Assembly (NCBI GenBank): GCA_964423425.1
Contig: CAYRES010000004.1
Coordinates: 74,736-134,255, forward strand
Reading direction: 5' to 3'
Source of the DNA: an uncultured Gaiellales bacterium
GTDB taxonomy: Bacteria > Actinomycetota > Thermoleophilia > RBG-16-64-13
DNA: 59,520 bases
Positions within the stretch are counted from its first letter, which is position 1. Each line of letters begins with the position of its first letter. The position numbers were made by a program, and so were the translations under genes. The notes beneath the pieces are model-generated. The model was not told the DNA's origin and did no database searches. It was given only the letters and a program-made list of their open reading frames with translations. Of the stretch, positions 25,523 through 34,256 are shown in pieces.

Positions 25523-26455
25523 TCACGGCTTCCGGCCCACGAACATGGCGCTCCACACCTTGCCCGCCAAAGCGGGGGCGAAGGTGTCGGTGGGGCGTTG
25601 GCCGCAGCAATCACTGACCACGGTGGCCGGGGAGAGACTGTCGTCGAGGCCGGCAATGGCCGAGATCTGGGCGGCGTCATACGTGATGCGTTCCACTACC
25701 TCTACGTCAACCAATCCGGCGCTCTCGAGCCCTGCCACGTAGTCCGCCTCAGAAATGGCGCCTCCGATGCAGGAACAGTACAGGGGAGCGATGTTCCGCG
25801 CCCATTGAGGCAGGTTCTCCGCTACGATGTCGGATATGCGTATCCGCCCGCCAGGCCGGAGGACCCTCGCGATCTCGGCGAACACCCTGTTCTTCTCCGG
25901 GGACAGGTTTATGACACAGTTCGACACAATGAGATCCACTGATTCGTCTTCCACCGGCAGTGCCTCTATGAGGCCCTTGCGCACCTCGATGTTGGTGAGG
26001 CCGGCCTTCTCGGCGTTTGTGGTGGCCTGGGCGATCATCTCGTCTGTCATGTCGACGCCGATGACTCTACCCTCAGGGCCGACGACACGGGCGGCGATCA
26101 AGAGATCGAGGCCGGCGCCGGACCCCAGGTCGACCACAGTGCTGCCGGGTGTGAGTCCGGCAAAGGCCAGAGGATTTCCGCACCCGAACGAGTCGGCGAG
26201 TGCCTCGGCGGGCAGATCACCGAGAAGAGCCGGGTCATAGCCGGCCAGCTTCGCCGCCGAACCCTTGGGCTGGGAGAGACCCGAGCAGCACGTGCCGCGG
26301 GCGAGTGCTTCGGCGTAGGTGCGGGACACCTCATCACGAAGGCGGTGGTGATCGAAGGGAAGGGTCTCGCGGCCCTCATCCCCTGCCGGGCGATCGGTGG
26401 CGACACCTTCGCGCTCCTCTTTTCTCTCACTTCCACTGCAGCATTCCGCAGGCAT
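25523..26455 (-). CDS. arsM: Arsenite S-adenosylmethionine methyltransferase
   Basis: [42 protein letters not shown] and CC pairs. Start ATG 26455 follows GGAGG. Confidence 0.85.
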   Translation of the reverse strand: MPAECCSGSERKEEREGVATDRPAGDEGRETLPFDHHRLRDEVSRTYAEALARGTCCSGLSQPKGSAAKLAGYDPALLGDLPAEALADSFGCGNPLAFAGLTPGSTVVDLGSGAGLDLLIAARVVGPEGRVIGVDMTDEMIAQATTNAEKAGLTNIEVRKGLIEALPVEDESVDLIVSNCVINLSPEKNRVFAEIARVLRPGGRIRISDIVAENLPQWARNIAPLYCSCIGGAISEADYVAGLESAGLVDVEVVERITYDAAQISAIAGLDDSLSPATVVSDCCGQRPTDTFAPALAGKVWSAMFVGRKP

Positions 26456-26619
26456 GGGCGCCTCCGTGGGGGCTCGTACAGTTTGACAGTTGTCTAAGGA
26501 TTGTAGCACTCGCCCCGGGTGCCGCCCTCGTGCACCCGGGGCTGTTTGTGGAGGAGTTTATGCTCGTTGCAAGAAGGCTATACAATTGTTCTTTCGGCGA
26601 GCAACGAAAGGCAGTGGGA

Positions 26620-27600
26620 ATGCTGGTGGTCGTCGCGTTGGGGGGCAATGCTCTGCTCAAGAGGGGCGAGATCCCATCGGAGGAGAACCAAAGGCGCAAC
26701 GTGCAGGTGGCGGCTCGCGCGCTCGCGCCCCTCGGTCTCGAACACAGACTGGTTATCACCCACGGCAATGGTCCCCAGGTGGGAATGCTGGCCCTGGAGT
26801 CGACCTGTGTACCCGGGCGCGAATCGTACGCACTGGACGTGCTGGGGGCGGAGAGTTCGGGCATGATCGGCTACATGGTCGAGCAGGAACTGGGGAATGT
26901 TCTCCCAGAGGATCAGCCCTTCGCGACGATTCTCACCCAGGTGGAGGTGGATGCCGCCGACCCTGCCTTCCAGGCGCCGACCAAACCCATCGGGCCGATG
27001 TATGGGAAGAAGGAGGCCGAGGGCCTCGCCGCGGAGAGGGGTTGGAGCATCGGCCCGGACGGGAAGGGGTGGAGAAGGCTCGTACCCTCACCCAGGCCGA
27101 AGCGCATCTTCGAGTTGCGGGTGATCCAGCTGCTCGTGGAGCACGATGTCATCGTCATCTGTGCCGGGGGTGGAGGTATTCCCACCATACTAAGGGAGGA
27201 CGGCATTCTCATCGGTGCCGAGGCCGTGGTCGACAAGGACCTGGCCGGTGAACTCCTGGCCCGTTCGCTTCTGGCCGACGCGTACCTCATGCTGACCGAC
27301 GTGGACGCTGTGTATCACAGCTGGGGTACGCCGGAGGCACGGGCCATCAGATGTGCCTCACCAGAGGCGCTGGCGGCTCTCGACTTCCCGGCCGGGTCGA
27401 TGGGGCCTAAAGTGGAGGCGGCCTGCCGCTTTGTCCGGGAGACCGGACGTGTCGCTGCCATCGGGTCTCTGGCCAACGCGGCCGCCCTGCTGGCTGGTGA
27501 CGTGGGCACGCGAGTCACGGTGGGAGCGGACGGCATCGAGTGGTATGAGGCAGGCGCTTCGGGGATGGCAGGTGCTTCGGGGCCAAGAAGTCCGTCGTAA
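26620..27600 (+). CDS. arcC: Carbamate kinase
   Basis: [48 protein letters not shown] and [10 protein letters not shown]. Confidence 0.93.
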   Translation: MLVVVALGGNALLKRGEIPSEENQRRNVQVAARALAPLGLEHRLVITHGNGPQVGMLALESTCVPGRESYALDVLGAESSGMIGYMVEQELGNVLPEDQPFATILTQVEVDAADPAFQAPTKPIGPMYGKKEAEGLAAERGWSIGPDGKGWRRLVPSPRPKRIFELRVIQLLVEHDVIVICAGGGGIPTILREDGILIGAEAVVDKDLAGELLARSLLADAYLMLTDVDAVYHSWGTPEARAIRCASPEALAALDFPAGSMGPKVEAACRFVRETGRVAAIGSLANAAALLAGDVGTRVTVGADGIEWYEAGASGMAGASGPRSPS

Positions 27601-27630
27601 CCAGCAGAGTCAACGGAGCGGGCAGGCCCA

Positions 27631-27657
27631 TCGGGGCCGGCCCGCGGCCGGCCCCGA
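27631..27657. terminator. Terminator hairpin between convergent genes
   Basis: TCGGGGCCGGCC-cgc-GGCCGGCCCCGA, a 12-bp stem. Confidence 0.6.
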
Positions 27658-27672
27658 CTTCTGAAGCCGCCT

Positions 27673-28962
27673 CTACTTCTTCTCCCACTTTTGCAGGTAG
27701 CCCACCTGGCTCAGCGTACTTCCTTCGCGTATCTCCATGCGCAGACGGTTCTCCTTCTCGAGCACATCCATGGCCCGGTTCGTGTACTCGACCGCCTTGT
27801 CCTTGGGAATGACGCAGACGCCGTCATCGTCGCCCACAATCCAGTCACCGGGTGAGATCGTCACACCCGAGATCTTGATGGGCACGTTGATCTCGCCGAA
27901 ACCCTTGGGCTCGCCCGCCGTGGGGCTGACCAGGGTAGAGAAGAGGGGAAAGCCCATCTCCCGGATGTCGCCCGTGTCGCGGGCGGCACCGTGGATGACC
28001 ACTCCGGCCACCTGTTGTATGACGGCGGAGTTCGTGGCCAGTTCTCCCCAGATGGCCGGGTAGACACCGCCGGCGTCGATGACGATCACGTCGCCAGGCT
28101 GTGCGAGATCAATGGCTTCCACCGGCTTCGCCCAGTCGCCGGGGTAGGTGCGGACGGTGATGGCGGGACCGACCATGCGGGCTCCGGGAGTGCGGGCTAC
28201 GATACCGGGCAGATCGCCGCTGCGGTGAAGGGCGTCGGAGACGTTGGCGGCCGACACGCGTTCGAGTTGCCCGCGGATGGTGTCTGCGGTGGCGCGAACG
28301 AAGAAGTCTGACTTCACGGTGACGAGATCATCTATGGCCCGCCTCATCTGGCGGGTGGCCTCGGTGGCGTCGGTGGACTTGATGATGGCGCCTCCCACCA
28401 CGACGATGGTGGCTCCGGCCCTGATCGCCTCCGCAGCCGTTTCCGAGTTGATGCCTCCGGCGACGGAAACCGGTATGTTCACGGCCTCGGCTACTGCCCG
28501 GAGGGTGTCGAACGGCATCTTGCCCTCCATCTGTTCGTCGATGGCCACGTGGATGCCGATGTAGTGGGCCCCCATCTCCTCGGCCTCGCGTGCTCGGGCG
28601 ACCACGTCGCCGCACTGGATCATGTCGACGATGATCTTCGCCCCGTAGTTGCGGGCCGCTTCCACACATTCCCTGATGGTGGCGTCCGAAGCAGTGCCCA
28701 AGATACCCACAATGTTCGCTCCGGCCTTGGCGGCGTATTCAACCTCGGCTCGACCGGCGTCCATGGTCTTCATATCGGCCACGATGGTGCGGTCGGGGAA
28801 CAGCCGTCGCAATTCGCTCACGGCTCTCAGGCCCTCGCTCTTGATGAGCGGGGTTCCGGCCTCAACCCAGTCGGCTCCGCCCGCCACGGCTTCTTCCGCC
28901 ACCCGGAGGGCGCGGGGCAGGTCGACGAAGTCGAGGGCTACCTGCAACTTGGGTTCACTCAC
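27673..28962 (-). CDS. 3-hexulose-6-phosphate synthase fused to an RraA/HMG-aldolase-like domain
   Basis: N-terminal LQVALD..EAGTPLIKSEG..ADMKTMDAG (HPS/KGPDC barrel). C-terminal ANVSDAL..GPAITV..GDVIVID..AIWGEL..GAARD..GDWIVGDDDGV (RraA-like). Confidence 0.88.
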   Translation of the reverse strand: MSEPKLQVALDFVDLPRALRVAEEAVAGGADWVEAGTPLIKSEGLRAVSELRRLFPDRTIVADMKTMDAGRAEVEYAAKAGANIVGILGTASDATIRECVEAARNYGAKIIVDMIQCGDVVARAREAEEMGAHYIGIHVAIDEQMEGKMPFDTLRAVAEAVNIPVSVAGGINSETAAEAIRAGATIVVVGGAIIKSTDATEATRQMRRAIDDLVTVKSDFFVRATADTIRGQLERVSAANVSDALHRSGDLPGIVARTPGARMVGPAITVRTYPGDWAKPVEAIDLAQPGDVIVIDAGGVYPAIWGELATNSAVIQQVAGVVIHGAARDTGDIREMGFPLFSTLVSPTAGEPKGFGEINVPIKISGVTISPGDWIVGDDDGVCVIPKDKAVEYTNRAMDVLEKENRLRMEIREGSTLSQVGYLQKWEKK

Positions 28963-28968
28963 GTCTCC

Positions 28969-29439
28969 TCACACTCCCATGAACTGAACGACGACCTTGC
29001 GGTCTCGGGGTACGTTGTCAAAGCACACGAAGCATACCGACTGCCACGTGCCCAAGGTGTAGCGCCCATTGACCACGGGAATGACGAGCGACGGGCCCAG
29101 CAGTCCGGCCCGGCAGTGCGAGTGGCCGTTGCCATCGCCCAGGTTGACGTTGTGCTCATAGTGCTGCTCGGGGGCGATGATCTGGTCGAAGAGGCGCTGG
29201 AAGTCGTGCACCACTCCAGGCTCGAATTCGAGGGTGGTGATGGAGGCCGTGGCTCCAGGCGCGAACACGGTTGCTGTGCCGGCGTCAAGCCCGACTTCGG
29301 CGAGAAGGTCTTTGAGCTGCTGGGTGATGTTGACGATCTCGCCTTGACCCGTGGTGGAGAAGGGGATGAAGCGCGTGGCGACAGTAAGTGTGCCTGTAAC
29401 GGTGGCAGGGGCGGCGTTGGTGACGGAGAAGTTGCTCAT
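28969..29439 (-). CDS. yjbQ: YjbQ/UPF0047 family protein
   Basis: ATASIT..E, Y.HN....NGHSH.RA.LLGPSL.IPV.NG...LGTWQ. Confidence 0.85.
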   Translation of the reverse strand: MSNFSVTNAAPATVTGTLTVATRFIPFSTTGQGEIVNITQQLKDLLAEVGLDAGTATVFAPGATASITTLEFEPGVVHDFQRLFDQIIAPEQHYEHNVNLGDGNGHSHCRAGLLGPSLVIPVVNGRYTLGTWQSVCFVCFDNVPRDRKVVVQFMGV

Positions 29440-29450
29440 AGAGGTGCTCC

Positions 29451-30506
29451 TCATCTGCTGTCAGTGGGGGCGGGGGGAATGGTGGCTGCCGGTGCGTGGC
29501 CGGGCCGGGCGGATCCGGCGTCGGAGGCAACAGAGCCGTCGGTCGGTGTGGCTTGGGCCCGTACTTCTGTGTCGTCTATGTCACTGGAGAGGAGGTGCTC
29601 CAGGGAAGAGATGGTCGTCTGCGGCACATCGCCCCGCCTGCGGATGATCGCGAGAGTGAGGAGACCCAGGGCCCGGTAGGCGGGAAGGGCTTCGGGGGCC
29701 TCGGTGTTGAGCGAGAGCAGATGAGTTGCGATGGTACCGGCATCTCCACGGCTGAGCGGCCCCGTGAGGGCGTCCACCGTGCCCTGCCGCCGCACATTGC
29801 TCACGGCGCCCTGCACCAGAGGCATGAAGGCGTGAAGGGCTTGGTCTCGAGGAAGGCCCGCGTCCGCGAAAAGGCTCTCCGCCAGGTACAGGAGGGAGAC
29901 GAGATAGTTGCTCGCGATGCAGGCGGCCGCGTGATAAAGGGGGCGCCTCCTCTCATCAAGAAGGAAGGACCGGCTGCCGAGGGCTTCGGCCAGCGCTGTT
30001 CCCATATCGCGGCCCTTCACCTGCTCCGAGGCGATCGCCACCGTGCACCCCCGCAGCCGGTCGGGACCGACGGCTGGGTCGCTGAACGTCTGCAGAGGGT
30101 GGAATCCGATGGTGATCGCTCCGAGATGCGCGCAGGGATCGAGCGCGGAGACGGGTGTCACGCCGCTTGTGTGTAGTACGAAGGGCGGTGAGCAGGATGG
30201 CATCGCCGGCCCGGCCGAAGAGAGCGCCAGTGCCAGGTCTTCCGCCACGGAGGGTATGGCTGTATCGGGTACGGTGAGGAAGTAGGCGTCGACGCCGGTG
30301 GCGACCAGCCGGTCGAGTGAACCGGTCGGCTCGAGAGCCAGCAACCGAGCTGCACGCCGGGTGTCCGGCCCGGGCAGGCCGGAGTACCCTGCGAGCGCAA
30401 CTCCGGCCTGCCGCAGAGCCAGGGCCAGAGAGGTGCCCAACCTGCCCGCACCGATGATGGCGACACGAAGGCCGGTGATGGTGCCGGGGGGAGGTGGTTG
30501 AGGCAT
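29451..30506 (-). CDS. Rossmann-like/DUF2520 oxidoreductase (PanG-like)
   Basis: IIGAGRLG, LTVPD, HTSG, FHPLQTF, YHAAACIASNY and ALTGPLSRGD. Confidence 0.85.
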   Translation of the reverse strand: MPQPPPPGTITGLRVAIIGAGRLGTSLALALRQAGVALAGYSGLPGPDTRRAARLLALEPTGSLDRLVATGVDAYFLTVPDTAIPSVAEDLALALSSAGPAMPSCSPPFVLHTSGVTPVSALDPCAHLGAITIGFHPLQTFSDPAVGPDRLRGCTVAIASEQVKGRDMGTALAEALGSRSFLLDERRRPLYHAAACIASNYLVSLLYLAESLFADAGLPRDQALHAFMPLVQGAVSNVRRQGTVDALTGPLSRGDAGTIATHLLSLNTEAPEALPAYRALGLLTLAIIRRRGDVPQTTISSLEHLLSSDIDDTEVRAQATPTDGSVASDAGSARPGHAPAATIPPAPTDSR

Positions 30507-30772
30507 ATCCTCACAAGAATGTGCGAGGCGGGCGATAGTGACCTTCCGTTCCAGTTCCGTGTTCAGATACCAGACTTGGGTACTAGTCGGATGGAGTGCC
30601 GGTTAGTAGTATGTATTGCCATCGAGTCGTTGTTCACGGTGCCCGCCGGCTCCGCTCGGTACGCCTCCCCAAGGGGTAGGCATCCGCAGCCCACGGGCGC
30701 ACGCGTAGGATAACAACATGCATATGGGTTAACAAGCTGGTAACAAGGGCCCGTGTGAAAGGGGTTCGGCCG

Positions 30773-31093
30773 ATGGAGAAGCGGTTGACACGTTCTCGAG
30801 ATAACAAGATGCTCTGCGGTGTGGCCACGGGCATGGCGAACTATCTCAATGTCGATCCGACCATTATCAGGCTGGCCTGGGTGATAGCCGTGCTTCTGCC
30901 AGGCCCCAATCTCATCATCCTGGTTGCGTATCTCATTCTGTGCCTGGTGATTCCGGAGGAGGCGCCGCCACCACCCGTCGGGCACTCTGCGAATCAGCAG
31001 ACGCCCACCGGGCCTCCGCCCGTGAGCCCACCGCCGGCGCAGGGCGGCGAGGCGCCCTCGGCCGGGGAACCCGGAGCACAGCGGATAGGATGA
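30773..31093 (+). CDS. PspC domain membrane protein
   Basis: KRLTRSRDNKMLCGVATGMANYLNVDPTIIRL plus a TM helix ending IPEE. Pro-rich tail. Confidence 0.88.
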   Translation: MEKRLTRSRDNKMLCGVATGMANYLNVDPTIIRLAWVIAVLLPGPNLIILVAYLILCLVIPEEAPPPPVGHSANQQTPTGPPPVSPPPAQGGEAPSAGEPGAQRIG

Positions 31094-31100
31094 TGCACCC

Positions 31101-31319
31101 GTGCCTATCTACGAGTACAGGTGTAGAGAGTGCCTCAAACGGTTTGAGGAGCTTGTCAGCTTGGCTTCCGCTGACGATGTCTGGCCCTGTCCGCGATGCG
31201 CCTGCACGAACACCGAGCGGCTGCTCTCGTCGTTCGCCTTGCGGGTGGAGGGAGGCAGTGGTTCAGGATCCGGCAAGAACTGCTCCACGTGCAGCAGGAG
31301 CTCATGCTCCACGTGCTGA
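31101..31319 (+). CDS. FmdB-family zinc ribbon protein
   Basis: MPIYEYRCREC..FE......CPRC....ERLLS with a Cys-rich tail (CSTCSRSSCSTC). Confidence 0.85.
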   Translation: MPIYEYRCRECLKRFEELVSLASADDVWPCPRCACTNTERLLSSFALRVEGGSGSGSGKNCSTCSRSSCSTC

Positions 31320-31358
31320 CCGGGTCTGTGTCGTCGTACCCCACAAGGAAGTGCCGTC

Positions 31359-32201
31359 ATGACGCGTGCTGAAGCGGCCGCTGCAGAGCAGCTCTCGGTC
31401 CTGCAGGAGGGGCTCAGGGGGTGCAGGGAATGTGGCCTGTGTGCAGAGCGCACCCAGGTGGTGTTCGGTGTCGGCGACCCCTGTGCTCAACTCATGTTCG
31501 TGGGGGAAGGCCCGGGGTTCCATGAGGATCGGCAGGGCGAGCCCTTCGTGGGTCAAGCCGGAAAGCTGTTGAACGAGCTACTGGCCGACATCGGCCTCAC
31601 CCGGGCCGATGTGTACATCGCCAACGTGGTGAAGTGCCGGCCTCCCAACAATCGCGACCCGCTTCCGGACGAGATAGCCGTCTGCAGCCCCAAGCTCATG
31701 GAGCAGATTCGTATCATCCGGCCTCATGTGCTCTGTACGCTGGGACGCTTCGCCTCTCATCTCATCGGTTCGACGCAGGCACCCATGGGCGCCATTCGCG
31801 GCAAGGCGAAAGACATGGAGGTGGCCGGGGTGCCGGTCATCGTGTTTCCCGTCTACCATCCGGCGGCGGCGCTCTACACTCCCGCCAACAAGGAGATCTT
31901 GCGGGAGGACTTCCGCCGCCTCCGCGTGCTTCTCGACCGGGGTCACTCCGCGCTTCGTACTTCTCAGACAGCGGAAGGGCCTCCCTGCAGTGGGGAGGAG
32001 GACTCCCTGGGTCAGGAGGCCATCACGCCAGTTGCGGCAGGCGGGCCATTCTCCTCGCATGTGTCCTCCGCAGATGCGCCCTCCTCCTCGGCTGCGCCCC
32101 CCTACGCAGACGCGCCCACGGCCGCCACGACGGACGGCGAGGAGCCCCTTCCGGCAGGGGCCAGTGCAGGCGAAGACACGGAGCAGCTCAAGCTGTGGTA
32201 G
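31359..32201 (+). CDS. Uracil-DNA glycosylase family 4 (4Fe-4S)
   Basis: CRECGL, VGEGPG..ED.QG.PFVG, NVVKCRPP.NRDP and YHPAA. Confidence 0.93.
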   Translation: MTRAEAAAAEQLSVLQEGLRGCRECGLCAERTQVVFGVGDPCAQLMFVGEGPGFHEDRQGEPFVGQAGKLLNELLADIGLTRADVYIANVVKCRPPNNRDPLPDEIAVCSPKLMEQIRIIRPHVLCTLGRFASHLIGSTQAPMGAIRGKAKDMEVAGVPVIVFPVYHPAAALYTPANKEILREDFRRLRVLLDRGHSALRTSQTAEGPPCSGEEDSLGQEAITPVAAGGPFSSHVSSADAPSSSAAPPYADAPTAATTDGEEPLPAGASAGEDTEQLKLW

Positions 32202-32653
32202 TGCTTCGCTGCACGGCTCTCAATCTCAGTGGGCTTCAGGCTCTCGCCGAGCGGCTTGCCCGGGTGCTCCACCCTGGTGATCTCGTGCTCCTCATGGGTC
32301 CTTTGGGCTCGGGCAAGACCGAATTCGTCCGCTGTCTGGCGCAGCCGCTGGGACTGCTTGATGCGGTGCGCAGCCCCTCGTTCACCATCGCGAACGTCTA
32401 TCGGGGCCGGGTGACCGTGAACCACTTGGATCTCTACCGGCTTGAGCACATAGCCGACGAGGACACCTTGGCCCTCGAGGAGTACCTCTCACCCGATGCC
32501 GTCACGTTGGTGGAGTGGCCGGAAGCGGGTGGCGACAGGCTTCCTGCCCCGCAGTGGGTGATCAGGTTCGAACACGATACGCTCTCAACGAGGAACGTTG
32601 AGGTGGAAGCGGGTTCGCGGGTGGAGGCGGCCCGTTTCGAGAGGGCGGGATGA
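32201..32653 (+). CDS. tsaE: tRNA threonylcarbamoyladenosine biosynthesis ATPase
   Basis: GPLGSGKT, SPSFTI, HLDLYRL and VEWPE. GTG start overlaps the udg stop. Confidence 0.92.
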   Translation: MLRCTALNLSGLQALAERLARVLHPGDLVLLMGPLGSGKTEFVRCLAQPLGLLDAVRSPSFTIANVYRGRVTVNHLDLYRLEHIADEDTLALEEYLSPDAVTLVEWPEAGGDRLPAPQWVIRFEHDTLSTRNVEVEAGSRVEAARFERAG

Positions 32654-33711
32654 TGCCGGGCACCCTGGTTCTCTGCATGGATTCGGCGACGGATGTCTGT
32701 AGTGTGGCTGCAGTCGGTGTCTTGGGAAAGGATGCCGGGCGCCTCTTGGCCGAGCGTATGGAGGGAGGTGAGAGGCTGAGGGCGGCGCAGCTTCTTCTTC
32801 CCATGGCGTCGGCGGTGTTGGCCGAGGTAGGCGCTGAGGCGGAGGACATCGCTGCTGTCGTGGTGGGAACCGGTCCGGGAACGTTCACCGGAGTGCGCAT
32901 CGCGGTGGCCACCGCGCGGGCCTTGGCGCTCTCTCTCGAGGTGCCCGTGTTCGGTGTGACCTCGTTGGCGGCCTTGGCGTCGGAAGCTGCTGCGCACGCA
33001 GCGGGGGACCAAGCTGTCCGGGCGGCGCAGGTGGCTGCGGTCTCGGCAGACACGGCGGCTGCGGAGGTGGACCCGGCTGCCGCGGAGGTGGACCCGGCTG
33101 CCGCGGCGGGGACGGTGGATCTCTCGGAGGCGGAGATTGTGGACCACTCCGAGCGGCAGGGGAGCCTTCTCGTCCCGATTGTCGACGCACGGCGCGGCCA
33201 GGTATTCGCGGCCGTGTTCGAGAGCCGGCGGCCCAGGGGTACCTGCGGGGCCGGGGACGCGCCGTGCGGCTTGGCTGAGGAAGGACCCGTGTGGCAGAAG
33301 GTGGGTCCGCTGCGGGCGATTGACTCGGCCGACCTCGTGGAGTGGGCCGCGGGGCAGGCGGACGGTAGGCCGTTGTGCATTGCCGGGCGGGCCGAACTCG
33401 TTCCCGAACCCATCCGTACCCGGGAGGGCGTCCGTTTCGCTCCCATAGAGGTCCGTGCCGGCGCTTTGGTGGAGGGGCAGGAGTTGCTGGGTCCGTCTGT
33501 GTCGCGCGGCTGCGGATGCGGAGAAGGTCCATCCGGAGAAGACTTTCTCGGCCCTACCCTGCTCGCCGTGCTCGCGGGGATGGTGACCGGGGAGAAGCCG
33601 GAGGCGGCCGCCCCCGGGCTTCTGGGCAGCCCGGAGTGTGTGCGTCCCCTCTACATACGCCCGCCCGATGCCGATCTCCACATCCAGAAGATGAAGCAGC
33701 CCTTCGCATGA
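32650..33711 (+). CDS. tsaB: tRNA threonylcarbamoyladenosine biosynthesis protein TsaB (with insertions)
   Basis: DSAT, VGTGPGTFTGVRI, DARRGQVF and PLYIRPPDA. Lies between tsaE and rimI. Confidence 0.9.
   Translation: MMPGTLVLCMDSATDVCSVAAVGVLGKDAGRLLAERMEGGERLRAAQLLLPMASAVLAEVGAEAEDIAAVVVGTGPGTFTGVRIAVATARALALSLEVPVFGVTSLAALASEAAAHAAGDQAVRAAQVAAVSADTAAAEVDPAAAEVDPAAAAGTVDLSEAEIVDHSERQGSLLVPIVDARRGQVFAAVFESRRPRGTCGAGDAPCGLAEEGPVWQKVGPLRAIDSADLVEWAAGQADGRPLCIAGRAELVPEPIRTREGVRFAPIEVRAGALVEGQELLGPSVSRGCGCGEGPSGEDFLGPTLLAVLAGMVTGEKPEAAAPGLLGSPECVRPLYIRPPDADLHIQKMKQPFA
33061..33106 (+). repeat. In-frame 21-bp tandem repeat (x2 plus partial) within tsaB
   Basis: GCGGAGGTGGACCCGGCTGCC at 33061-33081 and 33082-33102, encoding AEVDPAA twice. 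Confidence 0.85.
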
Positions 33712-34256
33712 GGGCGGGTGCCGGACATGTTCGGGGGGCGTATCCTCACTCGAGCAAGGGTTTCGTCGTGCGCCCCCTCCGGGTCGCCGATCTCCCGGCG
33801 GTGGTTGCCATCGAGCGGGCATCGTTTCTCTCACCGTGGTCTGAGGAGATGCTGGCCGAAGAGATCGCGCAGCACCAGGGAGTGTCGCTTGCAGCTGCGC
33901 GCCCGGGAGATGTGGTGGCGGCATATGTACTGTGCCGGCTCTACGGTGACATGTGGCACGTCCTGAGTCTCGCCGTGGCCCCCAAGGAGCGAAGACGTGG
34001 AGCCGGCAGGCTTCTCATGGAGCGGTTCTTGGCTTTGGCCGATACCACCGGAGTGCCGGCCACGCTTGAGGTGCGGCCCTCGAATCATGCGGCGGTGGGG
34101 TTGTATGAGCAGATAGGTTTTGAGATCGCTGGAACCCGGAGAGGGTACTACGGCGACACCGGGGAGGATGCCCTCATGATGACCCGGCCGGTGGCGACAC
34201 TCACGGCCTGCAGACAGGTACAGGGCGGGGGCGGAGGGCGGGTGGAGCCGTGCTAG
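33708..34256 (+). CDS. rimI: Ribosomal protein S18-alanine N-acetyltransferase
   Basis: IERASF..PWS, LAVAP..RRRG.G, LEVRPSN..A..LY...GF...G.RRGYY.DTGEDAL. ATGA overlap with tsaB. Confidence 0.9.
   Translation: MRAGAGHVRGAYPHSSKGFVVRPLRVADLPAVVAIERASFLSPWSEEMLAEEIAQHQGVSLAAARPGDVVAAYVLCRLYGDMWHVLSLAVAPKERRRGAGRLLMERFLALADTTGVPATLEVRPSNHAAVGLYEQIGFEIAGTRRGYYGDTGEDALMMTRPVATLTACRQVQGGGGGRVEPC

Noticed and set aside
26503-26530. Second CIRCE-like site (TAGCACTC) between arsM and arcC
   Set aside because: Only the left half-site is present, with no GAGTGC at 9-nt spacing.
33061-33106. Direct repeat as a possible CRISPR remnant
   Set aside because: It has two adjacent copies with no spacer, lies in frame within tsaB, and no cas genes are present.
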